NCBI GenBank assembly: GCA_963754655.1
Contig: CAVWGN010000001.1
Coordinates: forward strand, 1,760,001 to 1,824,000
Reading direction: 5' to 3'
DNA length: 64,000 nt
From: an uncultured Chlamydiae bacterium
GTDB taxonomy: Bacteria > Chlamydiota > Chlamydiia > Chlamydiales > Parachlamydiaceae
Shown here: positions 1-9,548 of the stretch, piece after piece
Numbering within the stretch: position 1 is the first letter of the stretch
How the letters are laid out: each line of letters opens with the position of its first letter
Translations under genes and position numbers: made by a program
The notes under the pieces: generated by a model
The model's input: only the letters and a program-made list of their open reading frames with translations
What the model was told of the DNA's origin: nothing
Databases searched by the model: none

Positions 1-1
1 A

Positions 2-1048
2 AATTCTCTTTTAAATTTATCCGATAATCTTGGACCGACTTCAACAGGAATAACAGAAAGCTACGTCTGGTATATGCGCAAGCTCATTTTTGGTTTCTCT
101 ATAGGGCAAAAACAAAAACTGACAGAAATTAGCTCGCACAGTGGAATAAAATTAAAAAAATTAAAAAAAATATTACAGGGATCTACTAGCACAATTCAAA
201 TGGGATATATTGCTCGTCATATAGATGAATTAATTTCTCAACTTAATTCTAAAAAATGTGATGAAATTGATACAAAGTATATGGACAGCCTGCAAAAACT
301 TCAAGCCGCTTTACAATGCAGTTTACCTATCGCTCTTATGCTCCATTATATTAATAGCAACAAAATTGATGATCAAGTTTTAGAACAAGTGGCAAATGAT
401 ATTTGCGAAGAATTAGATCAAATGAAACCAGGCGCGCAACTCCTTCTCCCAATAGAAAGCAAAAATCATGCTATGTTATTAACTTTTCAAAAAATGAAAG
501 ATGATACTCTTTTGCCAATTTTTTATAATACAGGTTATGGAATTAAGAATCATATTACAACAGGCTTAAGATTAGAAGATTTAATTGATCATTTAAATAC
601 AAAAAGAAATTATTACCCTACTTATATTAAATATTGTCCTATTGACTTAAAAAGTCATCAAATGCAATTTAAAACAATGCTAATAGATCTATTAAACTTA
701 CGAAATGGAACAGAGGTAAAAAAGGGATATTCAATTTTAGAAGCAACCTTCGGAAAGGGAAATAAAGGTCCTACAAGGCCTGCTCAAATCAATGGCGTTT
801 GTTCTTTTCAAGTTTTGACTGAAGCATTTAAAAATATTCTAGGTTCAAAGTCGATCTATAATACTTATAAGCTTGATCTTCTGAGTTCTATTCAAGAGGA
901 ATTCCAAGAAATCACTGATGGCATGAAGCTTCTAATGTGTGAAAATGATCAAATGAAAAGTTTTTACAAATTGCATCAGATTTTGTTAAAAGAGAACCAA
1001 AATCAAATAGATCTTACAAAGCAAAAGCTCGCTTTAATCGCTTCCTAG
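2..1048 (+). CDS. 5'-truncated hypothetical protein, possible CE-clan-like cysteine protease effector
   Basis: Frame is open from position 2 through the ATG at 74, so the gene starts before the window. Motifs NHAMLL...FYNTGYG...AQINGVCSF appear in H-N-Q-C order. Confidence 0.6.
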   Translation, partial: NSLLNLSDNLGPTSTGITESYVWYMRKLIFGFSIGQKQKLTEISSHSGIKLKKLKKILQGSTSTIQMGYIARHIDELISQLNSKKCDEIDTKYMDSLQKLQAALQCSLPIALMLHYINSNKIDDQVLEQVANDICEELDQMKPGAQLLLPIESKNHAMLLTFQKMKDDTLLPIFYNTGYGIKNHITTGLRLEDLIDHLNTKRNYYPTYIKYCPIDLKSHQMQFKTMLIDLLNLRNGTEVKKGYSILEATFGKGNKGPTRPAQINGVCSFQVLTEAFKNILGSKSIYNTYKLDLLSSIQEEFQEITDGMKLLMCENDQMKSFYKLHQILLKENQNQIDLTKQKLALIAS

Positions 1049-2205
1049 AAACTTGCATTCCCATCCATCCTCTCAACAGCGTTAGCCAACATAGGAGATA
1101 GGTTCAAAGGTTGCATCACAGCCGCTTTTAGCTGTGTAGACTGTCTTTCTAAAACCGGTGTGTTAAAAAATTGCATGGGCCATCCTTCTGCGGCTTTCGT
1201 CTTTAGATTTTCAAGTTGTTTGGCAAATTCTAAATCAATTGATGAAAGCCTTACAATCCCTCCCTCGTGCAATACCCAGGGATCAACACCACGATTTCTA
1301 AATTTCACAATAAAATGCGCCTCTGAAGGAGCAACTAGCTGATAGTAGTCTTTCGCATGCATAAGCTTATGCATGCTTTCTTGAATAAAAGGCTCTGTTG
1401 AAGAAAAAATTTTATTCCATACATCTTGATCTATTCCAAAATGAATGTCTTTCCAGGAAAGTAATCCGATATCCAGAGCCTTATGCATGGCATCCGCAAG
1501 CCAACGAGAGGTTAGATGATTCTCTGAGCTTCCCCAACAATCCAACGTCATAAATAGGGAAAATTGGGCAAGCTTTTTAGCAAGATCGAGTTTTGTTATT
1601 AGCCACTTTCCTTCAACAAAATGAACATCTTCATACAGCTCTATCGCCTCTTCTTTTGTTAAAAATCCTTGGTAATAGGCTCCCTGAAGATTATAATCAA
1701 TTCGATCTGCGCAAAGATTGGGAAGTTGCTGCTCAAGCATTTGAAATTTGCTTCCTTTGGGAGGAACCTGATTGAGCGTATATCCATGCTTGATCAAGAT
1801 CTCTTCAATGCCTGCATAAGACAAATACAATTGATGAATTGTGTTTTGATAATCTTCTTCTTGATACTCTTTGCCAAACAACCAATCACCCACATGTGAA
1901 AAAACCGTGTGGGAGACATCATGCAAAAGACCAGAGATTTGTTCCTCCATTGAGGCTCCATTTTTTCGCAAAACTGCAAAAACACCTAGAGAATGATCAT
2001 AACGATTGTATTCTTCCGGATGCGTTTGGGTGTAATAAGAAACCCCATATTGATGGATAGATTTTAATCTTTGTAATGCTGGACAATGAATCAATTCAAC
2101 GAGAATAGGCTCTTCGACATTGACTGGGCCATAAAATGTCTGAATCGTTTCCGCAAAAATTGAAAAAAAATAGAAGGTAAAACAAAGAAAAACTCTGCAG
2201 AACAT
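1045..2205 (-). CDS. HD-domain phosphohydrolase (YwfO/dNTPase-like) with hydrophobic N-terminus
   Basis: LQRLKSIHQYG, RYDHSLGV, LLHDVSHTVFSHVGD and ADRIDY motifs. Confidence 0.85.
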   Translation of the reverse strand: MFCRVFLCFTFYFFSIFAETIQTFYGPVNVEEPILVELIHCPALQRLKSIHQYGVSYYTQTHPEEYNRYDHSLGVFAVLRKNGASMEEQISGLLHDVSHTVFSHVGDWLFGKEYQEEDYQNTIHQLYLSYAGIEEILIKHGYTLNQVPPKGSKFQMLEQQLPNLCADRIDYNLQGAYYQGFLTKEEAIELYEDVHFVEGKWLITKLDLAKKLAQFSLFMTLDCWGSSENHLTSRWLADAMHKALDIGLLSWKDIHFGIDQDVWNKIFSSTEPFIQESMHKLMHAKDYYQLVAPSEAHFIVKFRNRGVDPWVLHEGGIVRLSSIDLEFAKQLENLKTKAAEGWPMQFFNTPVLERQSTQLKAAVMQPLNLSPMLANAVERMDGNASF

Positions 2206-2262
2206 AAGTCAAATCCTGATAAAATAGATAGAAGACAAATAAAAATATCAAAACAATTGAAA

Positions 2263-3384
2263 TTAGAAAAGGGAATTTATTGATGCCTTGGCATTACGAT
2301 TCATTAGCATAGCATCTGCTAAGACAAGAGCAAACATCGCTTCTACCACAGGAACAGCCCGAATAGCAACACACGGATCATGACGCGATCCCTTAGGTAG
2401 CGAGAACGTTTGCGCTTGACCTTGAAAATCGACTGTCGTTTGACTTTTACCTATGCTAGAAGTAGGCTTAAAAGGAACACGAATGAAAATTGGCATTCCA
2501 TTGGAAATTCCCCCTAGAGTCCCCCCTGCATGATGACTGGACAACTCTATTTTTTCATTTTTAACATAAAAGAGATCATTATGCTGCGATCCTTTCATGC
2601 TTGCAGCAGCACAGCCCTCCCCTATCTCAAATCCTTTAGACGCAGGCAAAGAAAGCATCGCCTTAGCTAAGTTGGCTTCTAATTTTTCATAAATCGGATC
2701 TCCCCATCCAACAGGAACATTGAAAGCAATAGCCTCGACAACGCCGCCAAGAGAGTCTTGCTCTTGCTGAGCTTGAGCAAGAGCAGTTTGCATTTTTTCC
2801 GTCGCCTGAACGTCTGGACAAAATAATGGACTTGCTCTCACACAACCTTGTAACTCTCCTTCCCTTTCTAACACGTCTGATAATGTAAAATTTGCCTGAA
2901 AGGAGCCTATCGCTCTTAAATAGGCGACCACCCGCACACCAACGTCTGATAACATTTGTTTTGCAATAGCTCCGGCTGCTACTCGGCAAGCTGTTTCGCG
3001 AGCAGATGCACGACCTCCACCCCGGTAGTCATAGCAACCATATTTTTGCATATAAGTATAATTGGCATGACCTGGTCGCAGGACATTTTGAAGCATTTCA
3101 TAGGGTTGTGAATTGGAATCGCGATTCCAAATAATGATAGAAATGGGGGTCCCTGTCGTTTTGCCTTCAAAGATTCCCGATAATATTTCGGCTTGATCGG
3201 GCTCTTGACGAGGAGAAGTGAACGCTTTTCTTCCAGGCGCACGCCAAGAAAGCTCTTCATTGATCATTGATTCGTGTAAAGTGACTCCAGCTGGACAGCC
3301 ATCGACGACAACCCCAATGGCCTTTCCATGCGACTCACCCCATGTCGTCATTTTAAAAATTTTTCCAAAGGAATTCGAAGCCAT
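2263..3384 (-). CDS. aroC: chorismate synthase
   Basis: TWGESHG, RPGHA, DYRGGGRASARET, FKPTSSI and RHDPC signatures. Confidence 0.97.
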   Translation of the reverse strand: MASNSFGKIFKMTTWGESHGKAIGVVVDGCPAGVTLHESMINEELSWRAPGRKAFTSPRQEPDQAEILSGIFEGKTTGTPISIIIWNRDSNSQPYEMLQNVLRPGHANYTYMQKYGCYDYRGGGRASARETACRVAAGAIAKQMLSDVGVRVVAYLRAIGSFQANFTLSDVLEREGELQGCVRASPLFCPDVQATEKMQTALAQAQQEQDSLGGVVEAIAFNVPVGWGDPIYEKLEANLAKAMLSLPASKGFEIGEGCAAASMKGSQHNDLFYVKNEKIELSSHHAGGTLGGISNGMPIFIRVPFKPTSSIGKSQTTVDFQGQAQTFSLPKGSRHDPCVAIRAVPVVEAMFALVLADAMLMNRNAKASINSLF

Positions 3385-3396
3385 TCTTATTCTTTC

Positions 3397-3924
3397 CTAG
3401 ATTTTTTGTGCAATTTTTACGAGTTGATGTAAAGCATCTTGAATATTTAAATCATCCATTTCCACACTATCATCTGCCCATTTTTCATAAATGGCAATTC
3501 TCTCTTGATAAAGACGAGCAAAATCCTGATGGGGGTCATTTGAATTGAGATAGGCAGGCAAAATTTTGCGTTGCCAAATACGTTCTTTCAAAATTTCTGC
3601 TGAGGTTTTGAGGTAAATCAATAGACTGTGCGCCTTCAGGCTTTCTGCATGGCTTGGTTGAAGCAAGGTTCCCCCGCCAGTGGCCAAGACAATAGCAGGC
3701 TGAAACTTTAAAGAAGCAATCACTTGAATTTCAAGATAGCGAAAATAGTCAATTCCAAAGGTTCGGACAATCTCACCTATCGAATGAGACGGATGTCTCT
3801 GTTCAATTAATTGATCTGTATCCACAAAAGGACATTGCAAATGATTTGCTAGCAATTTTCCTAGTGTCGTTTTACCACTGGTTTGAAATCCGATGAGTAC
3901 GAGACTTTTAGAAAGCCTTTTCAT
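3397..3924 (-). CDS. aroK: shikimate kinase
   Basis: P-loop GFQTSGKTT, DTD, FRxxE and ATGGG; lies between aroA and aroC. Confidence 0.92.
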   Translation of the reverse strand: MKRLSKSLVLIGFQTSGKTTLGKLLANHLQCPFVDTDQLIEQRHPSHSIGEIVRTFGIDYFRYLEIQVIASLKFQPAIVLATGGGTLLQPSHAESLKAHSLLIYLKTSAEILKERIWQRKILPAYLNSNDPHQDFARLYQERIAIYEKWADDSVEMDDLNIQDALHQLVKIAQKI

Positions 3925-6695
3925 GTTCTAATTTTAGCTCCTATATGAATGAAATCTCTGATAAAATTGGGATAACTTTTGTCAATGCATTCAATCCCTT
4001 GAATTTCCGTTTCTCCTTCTGCGCTTAAACCTGCTACAATAAGGGACATCGCAAGTCGATGATCCCCATAACTCTTGACGCAAGCTCCTTTTAACTGCGA
4101 TTGTTTGATCTGCAGTCCATCCTCTGTTTCTTCAATAGACGCACCCATTTTCTTCAATTCAGTTGCGACGCAAGCCAAACGATTGCTTTCTTTGCACCGT
4201 GCAATAGAGGCATTGACAAGTTGAGTTTCTCCCTCAGCAAAACAACCAATTACCGCCAAAATGGGAACAGCATCAATGAAATCATTAACATCGATGACCT
4301 GCCCTTTTAACCTTCCTTTTGCTAAGACTTTTAAATGACAGCGGATGGAATCGATCTCTAAAATAGCCCCCATCTGCTGCAAACAGTAGATAAGCGCTTT
4401 ATCGCCTTGAACATCTCGAAGATCGACACGTTGAATGAGAAGCTCAGACCTAGTCACAAGAGCTGCCGCCAGGGGAAAAGCTAAAGAGCTTAAATCTCCG
4501 GGTATTGTGACCTCAAAGGCTGGTCTTACGCGTTTTCCTTGAATGGTAAAATATTCCAAATGATGGTGCGTATAGCTAACCTCCAAGCGATCCAGCCATG
4601 ATAATGTCAATGCCAACCAGGGCTTTTCCCCTGCCTGTTGAACATGAATTTCTGTCTGCCCTTCAATAAAGGCTGCTGCCATTAACAAAGCAGAAACTGG
4701 TTGAGAATCTTTTCCATCTAAACTTGTTTTCCCTGCTTGTAGCGGACCTTTGACAATGAGAGGAGCATAGCCATTTTCTCGAGTTGAAACAGCCCAAGCC
4801 TTCAAGTCTTTTAATCCATCAAGTAAAGGTTGGATGGGACGATTAGAGCGTATAGAGTCATCTCCTGTCACTACCGTATACCCTTCCGAAAGAGCAGCTA
4901 AAGCACTCGCAAAGCGCAAAACTTGGCCTGAATTGCCCGCATCAATCACCTGACTAGGAGTACGAGGATAGCCTGCAACCCCTTGGATAGCCAATCCTGT
5001 TGAAGTTGCCATCACTTTAGCTCCAAATTGACTAGCAGCCTGAATAGCACAGAGTGCATCTGGAGAATCTAAAAGATTATGTAAGAGAGAGGTCCCTTTG
5101 GCAAAAGCTGCTAACAAAACGGCTCGAATAGTATGAGATTTAGAGGGCGGCAGTGAGACATTTCCCTCGAGTATGCTTTTACACACGCGCACAGATGGAA
5201 ATTGTTTCGTTTTAGGTAAATAGCGGCGAATGATTTTTTCAACTTGGTTGTGGGAAATTTGAGAGCCAAACCAACAAACGAATTGCTCAACTGCTTGATG
5301 AATAAACAATTCTCTCCCTGAAATTGTCTCTCCTCCTTTGTTTTTGACTTCACGTAAAAAGCGCGTTTCAACCGGATTCGAAATGACATCGAGCACGACA
5401 ACTTTTTTTACAATCCAATCCATCGGTACAGGAGTCTCCTCAAAAGCTGGAGCCATCCCCACAGAGGTTGCCTGGACGATGCAGCCATATCCATCCTGAA
5501 TCAAAGAGGGAAGTTTTTCTAATGGTCCCCATTGAGCTTTTAAAGGAATAGCAAGACTCTTAGCATGCTCTAATGTGCGATTTAAAATCGCAAGCTGAGC
5601 TCCTTCTTGATGAGCAGCTTGAGCAATCGCTTTAGCTGTTCCACCTGCACCTAAAATCACCATTTTTAAATCTTTCAAGGAAGAGATGTTGAGTGCTTTG
5701 AGAGCTCCTATGCCATCTGTGTTATATCCTTTCCATCCCTTTGGAGTCCATACAAGCGTGTTGCAGGCCGTTAAACCATGAGGATATGGAAGGAGAGCTA
5801 AGATTTTCTCTTTAAAAGGCATTGTCACACTTAACCCTTTAATAGGTAAAAATTTGATTTCTTCAAAAAAACAAGAAAGTTCTTCATCTTTGAGATGAAA
5901 CTTCAAATAAACAGCATTCAAAGAGAGCTCTTTAAAAATAGCATTATGTGTGACAGGGCTAGAGCTATTCTCTACTGGTCTACCAATTAATCCTAATAGC
6001 TTTGTTTCTTTATTAATTTCATGAAAGCGATAAGTCATGATCAATTCTTCCGCTGTCAATTGACCGGGAGCTGTTTCTTGCCCCTTTTCTAAAGAGGCAA
6101 AGGTAAAAGGTTGCCCAACTAGCCCTGCTAGAATCCGCGTAGGCTGCCCAAGCTCCCCCATACAGATGCCACACAAGTGGTTTTTTTCTTGATTCACTTG
6201 TTGAGTGAAATTTAGCATACGCATTGCATCTGTCGTCGAATGGGCAAACGTAGCAATTTTGTAATAGTTAGCCGGTAAGCGAGAGACTTTTTGATAGAGA
6301 ATATGCAAGTTATCTGGAGTGTCAGTTAGATGATGCCAGGAAATGATCCATTGTGTTTTAGGAGACAATTTTTGCAAAGCTTGCAGGAAACAATCGGTAG
6401 TATCGGCTTCAAGATCGATAAAAGCCGGCTGACAATTGAGCAAGAGCGAACTTAAAACATTAAATCTTTCTTCTTCGTTTCCTTGAAAATTGCCTCCTTG
6501 AGAAGCCTTACGAAGAGTCCAAATGAGTGGACAGGGAGAGTGTGCTTCAACAAGAGAAAGAGAATAGGAATCAAAATGAAGTAAATTGTCTAATCGAATT
6601 TCAATTAAATCGGCCCATTGAGCAGCCTCTTCAATTTGCTTTAATAAATGGGGAAGATGCGGATTGCTTAAAGAAATACAGAGAAGACAATTCAT
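3921..6695 (-). CDS. aroA: trifunctional type I dehydroquinase / shikimate dehydrogenase / EPSP synthase fusion (AroD-AroE-AroA)
   Basis: N-term EIRLD/KIA/MGELG (AroD); middle SPVTHN, VTMPFK, NTDG, GAGG (AroE); C-term PPSKSH, GNSG, KESNR, DHRLAMS, KSYPNF (AroA); one uninterrupted 924-aa ORF. Confidence 0.93.
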   Translation of the reverse strand: MNCLLCISLSNPHLPHLLKQIEEAAQWADLIEIRLDNLLHFDSYSLSLVEAHSPCPLIWTLRKASQGGNFQGNEEERFNVLSSLLLNCQPAFIDLEADTTDCFLQALQKLSPKTQWIISWHHLTDTPDNLHILYQKVSRLPANYYKIATFAHSTTDAMRMLNFTQQVNQEKNHLCGICMGELGQPTRILAGLVGQPFTFASLEKGQETAPGQLTAEELIMTYRFHEINKETKLLGLIGRPVENSSSPVTHNAIFKELSLNAVYLKFHLKDEELSCFFEEIKFLPIKGLSVTMPFKEKILALLPYPHGLTACNTLVWTPKGWKGYNTDGIGALKALNISSLKDLKMVILGAGGTAKAIAQAAHQEGAQLAILNRTLEHAKSLAIPLKAQWGPLEKLPSLIQDGYGCIVQATSVGMAPAFEETPVPMDWIVKKVVVLDVISNPVETRFLREVKNKGGETISGRELFIHQAVEQFVCWFGSQISHNQVEKIIRRYLPKTKQFPSVRVCKSILEGNVSLPPSKSHTIRAVLLAAFAKGTSLLHNLLDSPDALCAIQAASQFGAKVMATSTGLAIQGVAGYPRTPSQVIDAGNSGQVLRFASALAALSEGYTVVTGDDSIRSNRPIQPLLDGLKDLKAWAVSTRENGYAPLIVKGPLQAGKTSLDGKDSQPVSALLMAAAFIEGQTEIHVQQAGEKPWLALTLSWLDRLEVSYTHHHLEYFTIQGKRVRPAFEVTIPGDLSSLAFPLAAALVTRSELLIQRVDLRDVQGDKALIYCLQQMGAILEIDSIRCHLKVLAKGRLKGQVIDVNDFIDAVPILAVIGCFAEGETQLVNASIARCKESNRLACVATELKKMGASIEETEDGLQIKQSQLKGACVKSYGDHRLAMSLIVAGLSAEGETEIQGIECIDKSYPNFIRDFIHIGAKIRT

Positions 6696-6731
6696 ATATT
6701 AGTGACTAAAATATAAGGGAATTTATTATTT

Positions 6732-8448
6732 TGTCACATTAGTGTTTGCTTAGTACTCAACCACAGAGTTTTTGCCTATTGGGATTGCTTCAGAGGCCCC
6801 GGGTTGGGATGAGATGATTCTCTTGTAGTCCTTCAGACTACATAAAGAGGGGTAATCTAACCCAGGGTTAAGGTGTTCATTTTGTGCAAAAATGAGCTTT
6901 ATTTTTCACAATAATTGGCATAATTGAATAGAAGTCGCATGTTTATGCCGTCCTTTCAGGACTCGATGTCTTTTTGATAGAACCCAGGCCTCCGCTTCGC
7001 TGCGACCTGGGCTGTAACATGACGGCCCTTCAGGCCTTAACAAGAGATGTTTAAGTCCCTCTTCTATAGCCCCTAAATCATCTTTTTGTTAAGGCCTGAA
7101 GGGGCCCGCGGCCTATTACAGCCCAGGTCACAGCGAAGCGGAGGCCTGGGCTGTAACATGACTGCCCTTCAGGCCTTAACAAGAGATGTTTAAGTCCCTT
7201 CTATAGCCCCTAAATCATCTTTTTTTAAGGCCTGAAGGGGCCCGCGGCCTATTACAGCCCAGGTCACAGCGAAGCGGAGGCCTGGGTTGTAACATGACGG
7301 CCCTTCAGGCCTTAACAAGAGATGTTTAAGTCCCTCTTCTATAGCCCCTAAATCATCTTTTTGTTAAGGCCTGAAGGGGCCCGCGGCCTATTACAGCCCA
7401 GGTCACAGCGAAGCGGAGGCCTGGGCTGTAACATGACTGCCCTTCAGGCCTTAACAAGAGATGTTTAAGTCCCTTCTATAGCCCCTAAATCATCTTTTTT
7501 TAAGGCCTGAAGGGGCCCGCGGCCTATTACAGCCCAGGTCACAGCGAAGCGGAGGCCTGGGTTGTAACATGACTGCCCTTCAGGCCTTAACAAGAGATGT
7601 TTAAGTCCCTTCTATAGCCCCTAAATCATCTTTTTGTTAAGGCCTGAAGGGGCCCGCGGCCTATTACAGCCCAGGTCACAGCGAAGCGGAGGCCTGGGTT
7701 GTAACATAACGGCCCTTCAGGCCTTAACAAGAGATGTTTAAGTCCCTCTTCTATAGCCCCCTAACTCATCTTTTTGTTAAGGCCTGAAGGGCCGGCCTAT
7801 TACAGCCCAGGTCACAGCGAAGCGGGAGGCCTGGGTTGTAACATGACTGCCCTTCAGGCCTTAACAAGAGATGTTTAAGTCCCTCTTCTATAGCCCCTAA
7901 CTCATCTTTTTGTTAAGGCCTGAAGGGGCCGCGGCCTATTACAGCCCAGGTCGCAGCGAAGCGGAGGCCTGGGTTCTATCAAAAAGACATCGAGTCCTGA
8001 AAGGACGGCATAAACATGCGACCTTCAATTCAACTATGCCAATTATTGTGAAAAATAAAGCTCATTTTTTGCACAAAATTAACACCCTAGCCCAGGGCTA
8101 TTTTATTTGAAGCCTTTCAGGCTCTGAACATTGGACATTTTTGAAAGATCTCCTTCTATAACAATTGTAGGGCCATGCCTATTAAATGTTACATCCTCCA
8201 CAATCATTTTAGAGACGGTTAACAAAAAGATGTCCAATGTTCAGAGCCTGAAAGGCTTCAAATAAAAATAGCCCAGGGCATCGCCCTGGGTTAGATTACC
8301 CCTTTTTATGTAGTCTGAAGGACTACAAGAGAATAATCTCATCCCAACCGCGGGAGCTTTCAAGCAATCTAAATACACAAAACTAGTGTGGTTGAGTACT
8401 AGTGGGATGGCTTCAAGCCCAATAGGCAAACACTAATCTGACAGTACT
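6732..8448. repeat. Nested palindromic composite: outer TGTCA(C/G)ATTAGTGTTTGC inverted ends > TAGTACTCAACCAC shell (shell E) > REP-containing element B > inserted element A
   Basis: 6751-6867 is an imperfect inverted copy of ~8284-8401, and 6732-6749 of 8426-8443. 8098-8275 is itself a hairpin. The same layout occurs at 55601-56556. Confidence 0.85.
6868..8090. mobile_element. Palindromic non-autonomous element A with its central ~137-bp unit amplified 7 times
   Basis: Same ends as 23428-23825 and 46732-47129; flanked by CCCAGGG at 6861-6867 and 8091-8097; unit starts at 7026, 7165, 7301, 7440, 7576, 7713 and 7850. Confidence 0.85.
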
Positions 8449-8531
8449 AGCCTAACCTAAGCTCTTTGAAGGTTCAAGCTAAATTTCACTTGTTAAGTCA
8501 TTGCAAAAAATAAATTTCAAAAGATTTGCTA

Positions 8532-9119
8532 CTAGGACTTTTCACTTTTTTGTGTAGGCTTGAGGAGATGAAAAGAGTCGACGAAATATTGATATTCATT
8601 AGGATCGAAATTTTCTTTACGAGCAATATATGATAACATATAGACAATATGACCATCTTGGATTCCTTTTCCCTCAACATGTAAATCTCGATTTTCAAAG
8701 CTAAATTCAATTGCTTGATCTTGTTGAAAGATGGTATCCGATAATTTCACTAAACGATTATCTGGCTTATTATGCATTAATTCTTCAAGATTTTGACGCA
8801 AAATCTTATCTGATGCTGAGGTGTCGACTTCAGAAGGATAGGAGATAACGCTAATTAAGAAAAGCGTCCCATCAATTTTTTCTGCCACATACATGTCATA
8901 GCGACGTTTTTTATCGCTATTTGGAATAGAAATATAGTCTTTTCCATACTGAGGAGAATAAGGTAACAAGACTTTAAACAAATCTGATCTAGGAATAAAT
9001 TCTTTCCAGGTAGCTAAACTATCCGCTTCTCCCTTTCTGACTAGCCAATAGTCATAGGCAGAATAGAGAGTCACACCAAGAATAGCTAGGCACACAACAA
9101 TAATTGCAATTTTCTTCAT
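8532..9119 (-). CDS. hypothetical membrane-anchored or exported protein
   Basis: 195-aa ORF, MKK followed by a hydrophobic N-terminal anchor. Confidence 0.75.
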   Translation of the reverse strand: MKKIAIIVVCLAILGVTLYSAYDYWLVRKGEADSLATWKEFIPRSDLFKVLLPYSPQYGKDYISIPNSDKKRRYDMYVAEKIDGTLFLISVISYPSEVDTSASDKILRQNLEELMHNKPDNRLVKLSDTIFQQDQAIEFSFENRDLHVEGKGIQDGHIVYMLSYIARKENFDPNEYQYFVDSFHLLKPTQKSEKS

Positions 9120-9548
9120 AAAAAGCCTTATTTCTTGCCATCATTACAAATGATGGAGCCTAAAGTGAAGTCAAAATGGAAATTTTGAATTCACTTTGGT
9201 ATATACTCAAAAAAGCAAATTCAGACAATGGAAAAGCTTTGTAATTTTAAGTTCATTTACGTGACTTATTGCTACATGATTTGGAATGAGAGGAAAAAAG
9301 TAGTCACATACTTGAAAAGTAATGCGCATATTTGATCGAAAATCTAGAACCAACGCATGACATCCGCATGAATTTTTATGCGTTGGTTCTAGTCAAAAAA
9401 TTATTGAGGTTTTTCTTTAAAGTTGTTATTGGCATTTTCCAGATTCATTAAACCTGTTTCAAAATGATTTTTGCTCTTTGAATAAAACCTAACTTGCTAT
9501 AAAAAAATAAAAATATTTTATGTAATCCTTTATACCAATCATACAATT

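Noticed and set aside
7026..7975. CRISPR array
   Set aside because: The ~137-bp units are near-identical along their whole length, with no unique spacers and no cas genes
9344..9392. 15-bp inverted repeat with CTAG ends, as a mini-MITE or terminator
   Set aside because: Single copy, no clear U-tract; cannot assign
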